A DNA stretch of 64,000 nucleotides. Source: a virus (Duplodnaviria > Caudoviricetes). Numbering within the stretch: position 1 is the first letter of the stretch; the number at the start of each line of letters is the position of its first letter. This document shows, in pieces, positions 32,744 through 43,491 of this stretch. The notes under the pieces are model-generated. The model made no database searches. It saw nothing but the letters and a program-made list of their open reading frames with translations, and had not been told where the DNA came from. The position numbers and the translations under genes were made by a program. The stretch is from the IMG/VR virus record IMGVR_UViG_3300049574_000143, positions 4,358 through 68,357 of that record. One strand, given 5' to 3'.

Positions 32744-33643
32744 CTACAGGTAGTAGCTAACCCCGTTCAGGGAAATCCAGGTTGGGTTGTTCACGTTGTG
32801 CTGGTGGGAGCCGCCGGAATTCGAAGTACCGGCCGCTTCGCCAGAACCAGAACCACCCACACCGACGCTGAAACCGTGGGTGTGATTGGTACCGGTACTT
32901 GCGCCGCCGGTGGTGCTCGAACCACTGGCGCTTACGCCGACGTCGACACCGATATCCACGAAGTGGGTGTGACTTCCAGCGGATGCCGGCGAGGTCAGGC
33001 CGCCGACCAGGGTCGCTTTACCGTCGGACGTGAAGTCGATCTGGGCGACGTTCGATCCACCCTGGACGTCACGGGCAACAAGCACTGAGCGTTTGGAGGT
33101 TGGGCGATAGTCGGGGTCCAGGGCGGCGATTATGTTCGTCCCGGATACGTTCCAGCCACCCCGCCATTCCATCTGCCAGGAACCGTGGTTGAGGATTCGC
33201 CGGTAGTAGATGTCGCCGTTGCCGTTACCGCCGTGGGAGCCGGCGGCGAGAGTCGCCCTCTTCCATCCGGTATCGACGGGGCCGACTTCCGTTCCACCGG
33301 AAGCTGCCACAGCGCCCAGGATGAGGATCTCCGACTTCTGCTTTGCCAGCAGAACCGTCTGACCCACAAGTGGCGTGTAGTTGTTCATCATCCGGACTTC
33401 GTCGACCGAAGTCTGAGTATCGCCCGAGATGTTGAGGCTCACCGTCGGTGGGACGGTGAGCGCGTTCACCTGGGTGATGGTCGCCTTGCGGATGGTGAAT
33501 CCGGCAGACACGGCCTTATCCACCATGTTGCCCATAGTGGTTGCCAGGTCGCGGAGTTGAATGTCGAGGGCGGTGCTAAGGGCGGCGCTCTCACTGCCGT
33601 CTACCGATCCGGTTGGAGTTGTGACAACTATGTCGTCGCTCAC
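32744..33643 (-). CDS. Minor tail / fibre protein
   Basis: Position after tail hub genes; Gly/Ser/Thr-rich with HTH.V repeats. Confidence 0.7.
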   Translation of the reverse strand: MSDDIVVTTPTGSVDGSESAALSTALDIQLRDLATTMGNMVDKAVSAGFTIRKATITQVNALTVPPTVSLNISGDTQTSVDEVRMMNNYTPLVGQTVLLAKQKSEILILGAVAASGGTEVGPVDTGWKRATLAAGSHGGNGNGDIYYRRILNHGSWQMEWRGGWNVSGTNIIAALDPDYRPTSKRSVLVARDVQGGSNVAQIDFTSDGKATLVGGLTSPASAGSHTHFVDIGVDVGVSASGSSTTGGASTGTNHTHGFSVGVGGSGSGEAAGTSNSGGSHQHNVNNPTWISLNGVSYYL

Positions 33644-34800
33644 GAGATAGCCAGCCTCTCGCGCATTGTCAGGGTCTGGGTATTCGTGCCGCTACCGGCG
33701 CCGCCCATAGCGCCCGTAGTGAGGGGCACGGTGAACGCGTCCATTACGTAAAGCCCCTGAACCCCGGATGCGATCCGCTGTACCGCCACCACATCGCCGC
33801 CCTCGTATGAGGGATTGACTACGGTGGTGAGCGTCAACTGCGAGGTGTAGCCCAGGAGTAGGGCCAGCTGGGACTGGGCGAGCGTCTGCGCATCCTCTAC
33901 GGTCTTGACGTTCTGGTCCTGGACGAAGGTGGGCACCTCGCCGTAAGGGCCGTAGCGGTATGTAGGGGAGGCGGGATTCTCATCCCACGCCTCACCGCGG
34001 ACCGGAGGCTCCTCGTCGCCGACGGATTCCCCTACGACGATCACGCCGTTGAATCCCGGATCGTCCGTGAATACCCGGGTCATGTCGAGCATCGAGCAGT
34101 TCTGACCCTCGACGTAGGAGAAGTCGGGAGCAGGAAGGGCGTGGATATCCGGGGGAGGGGAGATGGCGACGCGACCGAGGACGTCGAAATAGATCTCGCA
34201 GCCCATGGACTTCGCCAGGGCCGTCACGGCGTCCCAGGGGTCGTCCCCGGCGTCGAACAGCTGCGGCGCCGTGATGGTGAGATCGGTGTCGATGGCGTCG
34301 TACTCGGCGTCCGGGAAGGTCCGGACGATGATGTCCTTGATCGCTTGGAGGCAGTTGGTGCCGGCAGCGATGGTGTAGGGAACGGTGAACTTGTCCCTGG
34401 AGACCGTCCGGGAACGGTCGTAGCCCTCCAGCTGGATGTTCACCGTTCCCTGGATGCCGGCGGTGATGGTGCACATAGACAGCCGGAAGACGCCCAGGGG
34501 GGCGAGCTCCTCGGTGCCGGCCCGGGGGCCGGAGGTGTAGCGGACGCCGCGGTAGGCCCTGAGCTCCGAGCCGTACGGGGTGAGAACCTCTCCGGTCGCC
34601 CGGGGCGTCAGGGTGCCGCTGGAGTCGGTGGCGGAACAGGTGATGTGGCGCCGGTACTGGGCCGTTCGATCCACATCAACCGTTCCGTCAGTCGCTTCGA
34701 GCCGGATGATCTCCAGGTCGGGGGTGACCAGGTCGACATACGAGATAGCGGTATGGCTGATCGATATCTCGTTGTAGAAGTCGTCCGTCATTCCACCCAT
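33640..34800 (-). CDS. Minor tail (hub/Tal-like, DUF5047-like) protein
   Basis: P.G.ELRAYRG..Y...E.APLGVFR, DRSR.V, FNGVIV.GE; position after the large minor tail gene. Confidence 0.75.
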   Translation of the reverse strand: MGGMTDDFYNEISISHTAISYVDLVTPDLEIIRLEATDGTVDVDRTAQYRRHITCSATDSSGTLTPRATGEVLTPYGSELRAYRGVRYTSGPRAGTEELAPLGVFRLSMCTITAGIQGTVNIQLEGYDRSRTVSRDKFTVPYTIAAGTNCLQAIKDIIVRTFPDAEYDAIDTDLTITAPQLFDAGDDPWDAVTALAKSMGCEIYFDVLGRVAISPPPDIHALPAPDFSYVEGQNCSMLDMTRVFTDDPGFNGVIVVGESVGDEEPPVRGEAWDENPASPTYRYGPYGEVPTFVQDQNVKTVEDAQTLAQSQLALLLGYTSQLTLTTVVNPSYEGGDVVAVQRIASGVQGLYVMDAFTVPLTTGAMGGAGSGTNTQTLTMRERLAIS

Positions 34801-34810
34801 GGGGGCCCTC

Positions 34811-37800
34811 CTAACTAAGCGGGGCCACCTCCTGGAATGTGACCTTTACGTAGCGACGGGGGCGGGATTGCCGCTGGCTCGTCGCGAGGATGGAATTCTG
34901 GATATCGCCCACCGGGCGCACCCACCACGTCTTGTCGATGTCCGACTGAAGGATGAGCGTTCGTCCAGACTTGAGCAGATCCATAAGCTGCGGGAACTCC
35001 GCTTGCTCACAGTGGATTTCGATCTCCACGCTGTCCGACTTCACGCCGTCGGTGACGACGATCGGGAAGTCGTTGCCGAGCGGCTGGAAAAGCTGAGCCG
35101 TGTTGGCGGTGGTGACGTCCATGTCCTTCCACTTGACCGAGATCTGCATGCTGTTATCGAAATTCTGAAGGTCTTTCAGCCACCAGGAATTGGGCTCGAA
35201 GATGACCTCACTGGAGGCTGGGCCGAAGCCCGACGAGAAGGTGTCACCCTTGAGACCGAAGGAGATCGTCGCCACTCGGTACCGCCTGGAATTCAGGGGG
35301 GCGATGGTGTGGTCGACGTAGAACATCTGGCCGGTGGCCAGGTCATACTGCGGAGGCTGGATACTCTGGCCGAGCAGAGGCTTCCAATCCCCGTAGCCGT
35401 TCCCGTTGTTCTCCTGGTATTCGATGATCGGAGTGGACCAGACCGGGTGCTCGGCCCTCGACGTACCCGGCTGCCAGGCAGGTTCCTGACTGGGGTCGGC
35501 CAGCGCTCCGAGGAGGACACCGATCTTGTCGAACTGGACGGTGTCGCCGACGCTCCGCCCGAGAGCGGACACGACCGGCTGGATCCTCGTGGTCCCCTCG
35601 GGGATGTCGAACACGCCCCAACTCTTCGTCCAGGCTGACGCGTTGAACGCCTGCCCGGCCGCAGACTCACTGCCGATGAGCTGGTTTGCCCGGTAGAACT
35701 GAAGGGTCAGCGTCGGGGTGCCGGCGCTGGACCCCAGGAAGCTCGACACCATCGTGACCTTCTGACGCGCCAGCGCGAGCGCCAGCGGGTTCAGGCTTCC
35801 GATGTCGATCATCGAGCTGGTGTGGGCGGCGACGGTGCCGCCGGCAGTCGACGCCGCCGGCTTGATGATGCCGATCCATGACGCCATCGAGTTGATCGTG
35901 GCGCCGGCCGACTGACCGTAGACCGAGGTGTTGCCGGCCGGGATGACCCCGTTGGAGTCGTACACCGCGGTGGCGAGCCAGGGGGTCGTCGAGCCGTTGT
36001 CGTTGTCGACACGCTCCGTCTCGTTGGCGCCCGGCGAGGGGGCCGAGGAGAGCGGCTTCAGCATGGCGATCCATCCGAGGACAGACCAGGCCGAGTCGTC
36101 GTCCAGGCGGGCGGACCGGGAGGTGTTACCGGTACCGACAGGGCCGTTCGAGTCCGAGAACTGCATGGTGCAGTCCGGGAAGCCCGACGCGTTGGTGCTG
36201 TCGTCGGTGCGCTCCGATACGTCACCCCCGCTCCACGAGTCACCGAAGGCTGTCGTGGACGCGAAGAGGCACAGCCTCCATGCCTTCGAGTTGGTGTTGT
36301 TGATCGTTGCCGTGGTGATCGACGACCTGTTGGTGTCGGTGTTGACGTCCTCGGCGACGAATTGACTCGAAGCGAGATCGCAGTTCCTGTAGGCGACAGC
36401 CTGCGAGATCTTCGGCTGCCCCCAGTCGGTGTGCGTGCTCGACCAGGAGTTCGGCTCCGAGGCGCCGGCCGTCCGCTTGAAGATCGCGGTCGTCAGGTCA
36501 CCCGAGTGGGCCGTTCCGTCGCCGGCCGAGATGTGCGTCCGGCGGACCAGCGTCCACCCCGAGGGTGGCGTCACCGAAGTGACGTTGCCGGAGAAGGACA
36601 CCGCGGCCACCATCAGGTCGCCGCTGACCACGTTGGCCGGCTTGTTGATCGTGTAGCTGTTGGTGTCGGAGGTGGTGTACCACCTCGTTGCCTTGCCGAC
36701 ATAGCTGATCGGGGGAGCTGCGGAGGGCGCCGACGTGTTCGCCGTGAAGCTGCCGCCAGAGGTCGCCTCATTCGAGGCGAAGGCGCACACCCGCCAGGCG
36801 TTCGCGTCGGTGTTGAACACCTGCGCCGTCTGGATGAAGGTGTTGCTGTCCGAGCTCGTGGCGACCGCGTCAGCGATGAACTGGTCATCCGAATGGGCAG
36901 CACCCGAGTAGGCCACCACGACCGCCGTACGGCGGTTAGAGGAGGTGCTGACGGTGCCCGTGGTCCAGGTGGCGGGGTCGGAGGCCAGTCCGGTCCGCTT
37001 GAGGATCCACAGGGATGTGTCGGTCGACGCGTCGTCGATGGACGCCGTGTTCACCGTGGTCCAGCCGTCCGGAGGACTGATGGTCCCGGACTCGGTGGAG
37101 GTGACGAACGCGATCATCAGGTCGTTGTCGGCCAGGCCGGCGGGCTTGTTCAGGGTGAAGTTGGTGCCGGCCGTCGGAGTCGTGAAGACCGATCCCGCTG
37201 CCCTGAACCCGATCGACGGAGACACACCGATGTAGCTCATCTGGTTGGTCTTCGCGCCGTTGGAGCCCGTACCGGTGGCCGCCACGATCTGCGTGGTGGA
37301 AGCCGCGTTGGCGCTCACCCAACTGTCGACCGCGGACTGGGGGTCGTCGCCTGTCGCCAGGAACGAGGTCAGCATGTTCCTGGACGTGTGACCACCGTCC
37401 GACCAGGCGGTGTTGGTGCCGTACATCAGGCCCACGTGGTCTACGTAGTGCACCTCACCGTTGGCCGCGCCGACGACCTCCAGGACGACGTGGACGTACT
37501 GAGTGCCGGCCGGCGAGGTGCCGGTCGCAACGACCTCAGTCCAGGTGTCGGAAGCGTCGGTGCCGGAGGCGGTCATGAAGCTGCCGAGCTGGGTCAGCTC
37601 CGAGTCGTAGAACAGGGCGTAGACGTTCACCGTGCGCCCGGTAGCCCCGGCCAGGAACTGGCAGCGGAGCGTGAGCGGCTGGTTCTCGGCGATCTCGAAC
37701 CGGTTGGCTGTGGCGTTGATGGTCGCCGCCGACGTCGCCGTCAGCTTCATCGAGGCGACACCGTCACCGAAGGCGTGCAGGGTGTCGCGCGCCAGGGTGC

Positions 37801-38800
37801 AGTTGGAGCCGCCGTAGCCGAGAGGATCGGAGGCTATCTCGAAGTCCGCCTGCTGGACGCTCAGGAGGTTCGAGGTGTCCTGCATACGGATGGCCGCCGA
37901 CGAGGTGAAGTTGTCGGGGACGACCGTCGGGATGCCGATGCCGGGGACGCCGGAGATGCCGGCGTTGTTGTCTCCGGGAACGCCTGGCGATGGCGCGTTG
38001 ACGGTGAACTGCTTGTTCGCCCATGAACTCGTGCAGCCGAACTGGGACTTGGCCCGCACGTAGATCATGTAGTCGTCGCCGTTCAGGGCGGTCGGCAGCG
38101 TGAAGCTGTTCGACTCGCCATCCACCGTCGCCTGGAACACCGGCGCGGCAGTGTTCGGGTCGAAGGTGGAGGCGGACGCATCGGTCAGGGTGAAGATCTT
38201 GTACTCGGCGCTCTTCTGCGGCTCACCCTCCTGCTGCTGATACGTCCAGGAGATGACCGGCGAGGGGGTGGTGACCGTACCCGTCGGGGACGTGATGGTC
38301 ACCGAGGGCTTGACGTGGTAGTTGACCTGGAGCTCCAGGCCGTACAGGCGTACCGAGTCGAAGAGGTTGTTGTACGAGAAGAGACGGCAGCGCAGCTTGT
38401 TGAGCCGGCTGACGTCCCACGCAAGACCGAGCGGGTCCTTGGTGTAGGTGGCCACGGTCTTGGTCTGGATCGTGCTCGTCGCGTAGATCGTCCGCGTGGT
38501 GTAGCGCGAACGGTTGTCGCTGGAAAGCACGTTGACTGTGACCGAACGCGGGCCGGAGCCCGAGTTGCTCTTCAGTCGGATGAGGATCGAGACCGAGTCG
38601 ATGATCGCCCCGTCGGGGAGGTCGGTGACATCGGTCGGGAACGAGACCTCCGCGCCACCGCGGTACGACGGGCACCGGATGTGACAGTCGTCCTTGAAGG
38701 CGCGGAGTACCTCGTAGATCTTCGTATAGGTAGCCGCTACGATCGTCCACCCGTCATTGGATTCGTCCCCAGACGGGAATACGGGGAAAGACAGCGTCAT
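34811..38800 (-). CDS. Large multidomain minor tail protein
   Basis: 1329 aa after the tape measure; Ig/FN3-like and CBM-like segments, two copies of the KP..GD..PxGW module. Confidence 0.85.
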   Translation of the reverse strand: MTLSFPVFPSGDESNDGWTIVAATYTKIYEVLRAFKDDCHIRCPSYRGGAEVSFPTDVTDLPDGAIIDSVSILIRLKSNSGSGPRSVTVNVLSSDNRSRYTTRTIYATSTIQTKTVATYTKDPLGLAWDVSRLNKLRCRLFSYNNLFDSVRLYGLELQVNYHVKPSVTITSPTGTVTTPSPVISWTYQQQEGEPQKSAEYKIFTLTDASASTFDPNTAAPVFQATVDGESNSFTLPTALNGDDYMIYVRAKSQFGCTSSWANKQFTVNAPSPGVPGDNNAGISGVPGIGIPTVVPDNFTSSAAIRMQDTSNLLSVQQADFEIASDPLGYGGSNCTLARDTLHAFGDGVASMKLTATSAATINATANRFEIAENQPLTLRCQFLAGATGRTVNVYALFYDSELTQLGSFMTASGTDASDTWTEVVATGTSPAGTQYVHVVLEVVGAANGEVHYVDHVGLMYGTNTAWSDGGHTSRNMLTSFLATGDDPQSAVDSWVSANAASTTQIVAATGTGSNGAKTNQMSYIGVSPSIGFRAAGSVFTTPTAGTNFTLNKPAGLADNDLMIAFVTSTESGTISPPDGWTTVNTASIDDASTDTSLWILKRTGLASDPATWTTGTVSTSSNRRTAVVVAYSGAAHSDDQFIADAVATSSDSNTFIQTAQVFNTDANAWRVCAFASNEATSGGSFTANTSAPSAAPPISYVGKATRWYTTSDTNSYTINKPANVVSGDLMVAAVSFSGNVTSVTPPSGWTLVRRTHISAGDGTAHSGDLTTAIFKRTAGASEPNSWSSTHTDWGQPKISQAVAYRNCDLASSQFVAEDVNTDTNRSSITTATINNTNSKAWRLCLFASTTAFGDSWSGGDVSERTDDSTNASGFPDCTMQFSDSNGPVGTGNTSRSARLDDDSAWSVLGWIAMLKPLSSAPSPGANETERVDNDNGSTTPWLATAVYDSNGVIPAGNTSVYGQSAGATINSMASWIGIIKPAASTAGGTVAAHTSSMIDIGSLNPLALALARQKVTMVSSFLGSSAGTPTLTLQFYRANQLIGSESAAGQAFNASAWTKSWGVFDIPEGTTRIQPVVSALGRSVGDTVQFDKIGVLLGALADPSQEPAWQPGTSRAEHPVWSTPIIEYQENNGNGYGDWKPLLGQSIQPPQYDLATGQMFYVDHTIAPLNSRRYRVATISFGLKGDTFSSGFGPASSEVIFEPNSWWLKDLQNFDNSMQISVKWKDMDVTTANTAQLFQPLGNDFPIVVTDGVKSDSVEIEIHCEQAEFPQLMDLLKSGRTLILQSDIDKTWWVRPVGDIQNSILATSQRQSRPRRYVKVTFQEVAPLS

Positions 38801-38810
38801 ACCTATTTCC

Positions 38811-41800
38811 TTATGTAAGACGTGAACCAGTGCCCTTGCTGAGCATGATGCGCAGCTTCGGAATTACCTCGCTGTCGAGCTTCTCCACAGCGGCCTTATC
38901 GAGATTGCCCGCCACAGAGATGGGCATCGAGACATGGACGCCGCCACCGTGGCCGCCGCCACGAATAGCCTTGGAGAGTTCGTGATTGCTGTCGATTCCT
39001 TCGCCGCCCCGGAAATTGATCATTTCCGGACCCTGCTCGCCGACGAGCGCCCAGCCTGAGGTGGCGCCGGCGGTGCCGCTCGCGTAGGCAGCACCGGTCG
39101 GGACCCGGCCGCCGTAAACGGCTCGAATGTAGGCCGCGGCAGCAGCCATATTCGCAAGCGGGTCAAGGATGTTGTTGGAAGTTCCAGCAACGTGGTACTT
39201 CGAGAAGTTGGGCGGAATGATCTGCATCAGACCCTGGGACGGGATACCGTTCTTGGCGTTGATGTCCCAGGTGTTGATGGCGTTCGGATTACCACTCGAC
39301 TCGATCTGCATTCGCAGAAGGAATGCATCGATCTGCGACGGGTCGATACCACCCATCTTCATCGCCTGAATGGCCAGAGCGCGCCATGCCTGTACCGACT
39401 GGGCGCCGGCCACGGCGTGAGACTCGTAACTGGCCTTGGCCTCGGAGTCCTTTTTCGCGAACCAGTCGATCGCCGACTTGGCGACCTTCTTGGCTGCCGC
39501 GACAGGGATCTTGCCGACGTCGCCGCCCTGGTTGAAGGCGTTCAGCGGGCCGAGCAGGGCGTTGATCGCCGTCTCGAAGGCCGCCCGGCCGATGAAGCCG
39601 AGCACCGCGCCGCCCAGGTCGCCGACACCGGGGATACCGATGCCGGACAGGCCGGCCGAGCTGGAGGTGCCGGCGCCGCCGGGGTTCTTGCCCGGGGTCT
39701 GGCCCACCGTGCCCGACGTCTGGCCGGGGTGGCTCGGGTCGGGTGCCGGGATCTCGGACGGCAGGACGCCACCCGCGGCGAAGGACCAGCCCGGGTTGGG
39801 GCCGGACCGGTGCCAGGCCTCCACTCCGCCCAGGCCGGAGACGATGCCGCCGGCCGCGAAGCCGGGGAGCATGTCACTGAAGCCGGCCTTTCCGCCACGA
39901 CCGTTGGAGAAGTGGTAGTTGGCCGCGTGGACGAAGCCGGCGCCCAGACCGGCGACAGCCTCGGGAACGAGGATGCCTTCGCCGGGGGACAGTGCCGCGG
40001 TGACGGTGTCGTTACCGGGCGAGTAGCCGCCCAGGACGCCGCCGCCCTCGAACTGGTTGATCCCGCCGCCGACGATGCCGCCCTTGGCGAAGCCGCCGCC
40101 GGGCGTCGTGCCGCCGGGGGCGGTGCTACCGCCGCCGCCTCCGCCACCACCGCCGCCGCCTACGTGCGGCACCGGGTTCTTGCCCCAGAGGTGAAGACCG
40201 ACCTTTTCGGCGATCGACTCGATGCCGTTGGCGATTCCGTTGATGACGTCGATGACCGCGTTGACGGCATCGGTGACGATGCTCTTGATCTTGTCCCAGG
40301 CGCTGCTGGCGACCTTGCCGAGCCCGTCCCAGAAGTCGCTCCAGAGCTTCTTCACGGTCGAACTGAAGGTGTCCCAGATCGACTTGACGCCGTCCAGGAA
40401 TGTCTGCCAGAGCTTCTTGATCCCGTCCCAGACCGTCTGAGCGGCCGACTTGATGGCGTTCCAGAAGGTCTGCCAGGCTGACTTCAGTGCGTTCGAGACG
40501 GTGTTCCAGATCGTGCGGACGCCATTCAGGAAGGTCTGCCACGCCGTTTTCATGGCGTTCCAGACCGTCTGAGCGGCCGTCTTCAGAGCGTTCCAGAACG
40601 TCTGCCAAGCCGTCTTCAGCGCGTTCGAGACCGTTGTCCAGACGGTCTTCACCGCGTTGAGGAACGCGTCCCACGCCGTTTTCATGGCGTTCCAGACCGT
40701 CTGAGCGGCCGTCTTCAGCGCGTTCCAGAACGTCTGCCAGGCAGTCGTCAGTGCAGAACTGACGGTCTGCCAGACCTGCTGGAGCCCCTGGATGAATGTC
40801 TGCCAGGCGGTCTTCAGCGCGTTCCATACAGCCTCAGCCGCAGTCTTCAGCGCATTCCAGAAGGCGCTCCAGGCGGCAGTGAGGGCGCCGGAGACCGCCT
40901 GCCACGCCGTGGTGAAGGCGGTAGCTACCGCCTGCCACGCCGTCTTCAGCGCGTTCCAGACAGCCTCGGCAGCCGTCTTCAGTCCGTTCCAGGTGGCGTT
41001 CCAGGCGGTGGTGATCGCGCTGGCCGTCGCACTCCAGGCCGTAGCGAAGGCGCTGGCGACAGCGCCCCACGCGACCTTCAGCGCGTTCCAGACAGCCTCG
41101 CCGGCGGTCTTCAGTCCGTTCCAGGTGGCGTTCCAGGCGGTGACCATCGCGCTGGATACGGCCTGCCATGCTGTACTCAGGGCGGACACCGTGGCCTGCC
41201 AGGCAACCTGGAGGGCCTGCCAGACGGCCTCGGCGGCCGTCTTCATGGCGCCCCACACCGTGGACCAGTGCGTGACCAGCTCGTAGATGCCGATAGCGAC
41301 AGCGGCCAGGGCGAGGACGACGAGACCGATGGTGGCGATGAGCGGAAGCGCCGCGGCATCTACGCCGAGCAGCGAGGCCGCGAAGGCGGTCATGCCGCCG
41401 CCGCCAGTGAAGGCCGCCATGCCGGCGGCTTCGCACGCCGCCGAGAGGGCTGCGATGCCGCTGCTGATCGCCTGGACGATCATCATGCCCTGCATGGCGG
41501 ACTTCCAGAGCAGCCATGCGTCAGCGATCGCTTGAATGACCCCCGGAGGCATTGCCCCGATGATCTGGAGGAGGGCAGTCGACAGAAGGAGCGCCTGGGG
41601 CGCCATTCCGGAGAAGGCCGATCCCACGCTCTTCAGGGCGCCCCCGAGGGCGCTGAAGAAGTCCTTGATGGCAGGGCCGTTGTCGTGGACGTATTGCAGG
41701 AACTTCTGAAAACCCCCACCGTCGGCCCACGCCTTCAGGTTCGAGGAGCCCTCGGCAAGCACCTTGATGAGTTGCTGCCCGAGAGGCAGGAAGGCGCGGA

Positions 41801-42575
41801 AGCCGTCACCGAGAACGGTTGCAACGTTCTTGCCGATGGTTATGAATTCCTGAAGCGCCGGGACGCCGTTTGACTTCAGTAGATTGATCCAGCCATCGAG
41901 CTTTGTATCGACCCAATGCTGAAAAGCTGTGGCAAGACCGTTGGCGAGAGGGGTAACCGCAGAAACGAGGGGGGCCAGCTTACCCACACCCTCGGCCAGG
42001 GCGTTTATGAACCTGGCAGCGACACTAAGGGTTTGGCCCTGAGTTGCACCAATGAATTTGCCCCAGGCGGTAGTTAGATTCTGTGTCGCATCAAGGAAGG
42101 CCTTTTGAGCCGGAGTTGCATTGGCTACGACGTGGTTGTACTCGTCTTGCAGCTTGTTGACTTCCTTCAGCTGCTTGCCGTACTGGTCGGTTCCTGGCGT
42201 CATTTCAGCCAGGACCTTCTTCGCCTCGCCCAGCTGCTGAGAGAGGCCAACGAGTCCGGTGTTCGTGTTATCTATGGCCTGGACGGCACCCCTCAGGGCG
42301 ACACCCCACACGCCGGCCGCGCCTGCTGCTGCGGCGGATGAGGCCGCGAGGCCACCCGCAACGGCTACCAGCCCCGCGCCAAGGGGGACCAGAGCCGGGC
42401 CGAAGGAGGTGGCAGCCGCTACAGCCAGCTCGATGCGCCCGGACCAGGAGTTGAGGTTGTTGGTGCTCCTCTTGGTGCTGTTGTCGAAGTCGTCGATGTC
42501 GCGGCGAGCCCGGCGGAGGCCACCACCGTCATACCTGGAGAAGATCTGGAATGTCAGGCTGGTGATGGTGGCCAT
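38811..42575 (-). CDS. Tape measure protein with C-terminal SLT lytic transglycosylase
   Basis: 1254 aa, Ala-rich, Trp-periodic repeats; IESSGNPNA...GLMQ..DPLANMAAA..YI...YG. Confidence 0.95.
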   Translation of the reverse strand: MATITSLTFQIFSRYDGGGLRRARRDIDDFDNSTKRSTNNLNSWSGRIELAVAAATSFGPALVPLGAGLVAVAGGLAASSAAAAGAAGVWGVALRGAVQAIDNTNTGLVGLSQQLGEAKKVLAEMTPGTDQYGKQLKEVNKLQDEYNHVVANATPAQKAFLDATQNLTTAWGKFIGATQGQTLSVAARFINALAEGVGKLAPLVSAVTPLANGLATAFQHWVDTKLDGWINLLKSNGVPALQEFITIGKNVATVLGDGFRAFLPLGQQLIKVLAEGSSNLKAWADGGGFQKFLQYVHDNGPAIKDFFSALGGALKSVGSAFSGMAPQALLLSTALLQIIGAMPPGVIQAIADAWLLWKSAMQGMMIVQAISSGIAALSAACEAAGMAAFTGGGGMTAFAASLLGVDAAALPLIATIGLVVLALAAVAIGIYELVTHWSTVWGAMKTAAEAVWQALQVAWQATVSALSTAWQAVSSAMVTAWNATWNGLKTAGEAVWNALKVAWGAVASAFATAWSATASAITTAWNATWNGLKTAAEAVWNALKTAWQAVATAFTTAWQAVSGALTAAWSAFWNALKTAAEAVWNALKTAWQTFIQGLQQVWQTVSSALTTAWQTFWNALKTAAQTVWNAMKTAWDAFLNAVKTVWTTVSNALKTAWQTFWNALKTAAQTVWNAMKTAWQTFLNGVRTIWNTVSNALKSAWQTFWNAIKSAAQTVWDGIKKLWQTFLDGVKSIWDTFSSTVKKLWSDFWDGLGKVASSAWDKIKSIVTDAVNAVIDVINGIANGIESIAEKVGLHLWGKNPVPHVGGGGGGGGGGGSTAPGGTTPGGGFAKGGIVGGGINQFEGGGVLGGYSPGNDTVTAALSPGEGILVPEAVAGLGAGFVHAANYHFSNGRGGKAGFSDMLPGFAAGGIVSGLGGVEAWHRSGPNPGWSFAAGGVLPSEIPAPDPSHPGQTSGTVGQTPGKNPGGAGTSSSAGLSGIGIPGVGDLGGAVLGFIGRAAFETAINALLGPLNAFNQGGDVGKIPVAAAKKVAKSAIDWFAKKDSEAKASYESHAVAGAQSVQAWRALAIQAMKMGGIDPSQIDAFLLRMQIESSGNPNAINTWDINAKNGIPSQGLMQIIPPNFSKYHVAGTSNNILDPLANMAAAAAYIRAVYGGRVPTGAAYASGTAGATSGWALVGEQGPEMINFRGGEGIDSNHELSKAIRGGGHGGGVHVSMPISVAGNLDKAAVEKLDSEVIPKLRIMLSKGTGSRLT
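40430..41260 (-). repeat. 11/22-aa Trp-periodic repeats in the tape measure
   Basis: ALKTAWQTFWN / AAEAVWN / AAQTVWN units with near-identical DNA. Confidence 0.85.
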
Positions 42576-42601
42576 TCCGCGCCCCTTCCGCTATTCAGTT
42601 T

Positions 42602-43014
42602 TTAGAAATGAGTGGTTGGGCGCCGGTCGCCGCCATTGCATTGACAATCCGGCGGGCACGTCCCCTCCTGCGGGGCTATCCATTCCTCGCTGAAGTCGAG
42701 ATCCCTTTCGGGCTTTTCCTCGGGGACGTCGTACGGGCGGGGATAACGTATGGGCTTTCCTACCGGACCCTGCTCTTCGTCTTCCTTGACGAAGTTGGCC
42801 TGACTGAACATGTAGGCGAGGAGCTGGAGTTCCTCCTGGATGCTCGCCATCACCTCGAAGTGGTGGCGGCTGTCGAGGTATCCATGGACCTTCTCGTAAG
42901 CAATCCAATGGGCGTACTCACGGGAATCCATCGTCGCCAGCATTTGCTTGACAGTCAGGCCAAGCATCGCTGCTAGTCGGTGCTTGAATCCGAGTCGGTA
43001 GTCTCGTCGAAATC
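42602..43014 (-). CDS. Tail assembly chaperone, -1 frameshift extension (gpGT-like)
   Basis: RLAAMLGLTVKQMLATMDSREYAHWIAYE in the -1 frame overlapping the chaperone stop. Confidence 0.75.
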
Positions 43015-43407
43015 CTCGGCCAGCTCCTCGATGTCTTCCTCCGTGAAGCCGTTCAGCTCCTGGCACTTCTGGAAGAGGAAGTCGAGGGCCTTCGCTGATT
43101 TATTGCCGAGCCGGGCGACGTCACCCGACTTGAAGATGAGCTCACCGTCCTTGTTGACGATGCAGCGCGCGACCAGGCGGGCGCGCAGGTTGGCGATGTT
43201 GGGACGCTGCTTGCCCCGCTTCATCTCCACGGTGGAAGCCTCGAACTCGTCACGCTCGGCGGCGCTCATGACGCGGAGGCGAACCTTGCGGTTGTTCCAC
43301 ATCGGGACGGTGACGACTTCGACTTTCCGGTCTTCGATGCCCCACAGATCGAACGGGTCATCGATGAACTCGTCGTTGACCTCGGGGACTTCCTGGTTCT
43401 GGCTCAT
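42973..43407 (-). CDS. Tail assembly chaperone (gpG-like)
   Basis: VRLRVMSAAERDEFEAS...RARLVARC...LNGFTEEDIEEL; between the major tail gene and the tape measure. Confidence 0.85.
   Translation of the reverse strand: MSQNQEVPEVNDEFIDDPFDLWGIEDRKVEVVTVPMWNNRKVRLRVMSAAERDEFEASTVEMKRGKQRPNIANLRARLVARCIVNKDGELIFKSGDVARLGNKSAKALDFLFQKCQELNGFTEEDIEELAEDFDETTDSDSSTD
43009..43015 (-). other. Candidate -1 slippery site G GAT TTC
   Basis: In-frame GAG GAT TTC where the two frames overlap. Confidence 0.55.
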
Positions 43408-43491
43408 GTTCAGTTGTCCTTCTTTGCGGGATGCGGGTTTAAGGACCGGACGAGGGCACCCGCGAACACCTCGTCCGATCCAGTCAGTTGG

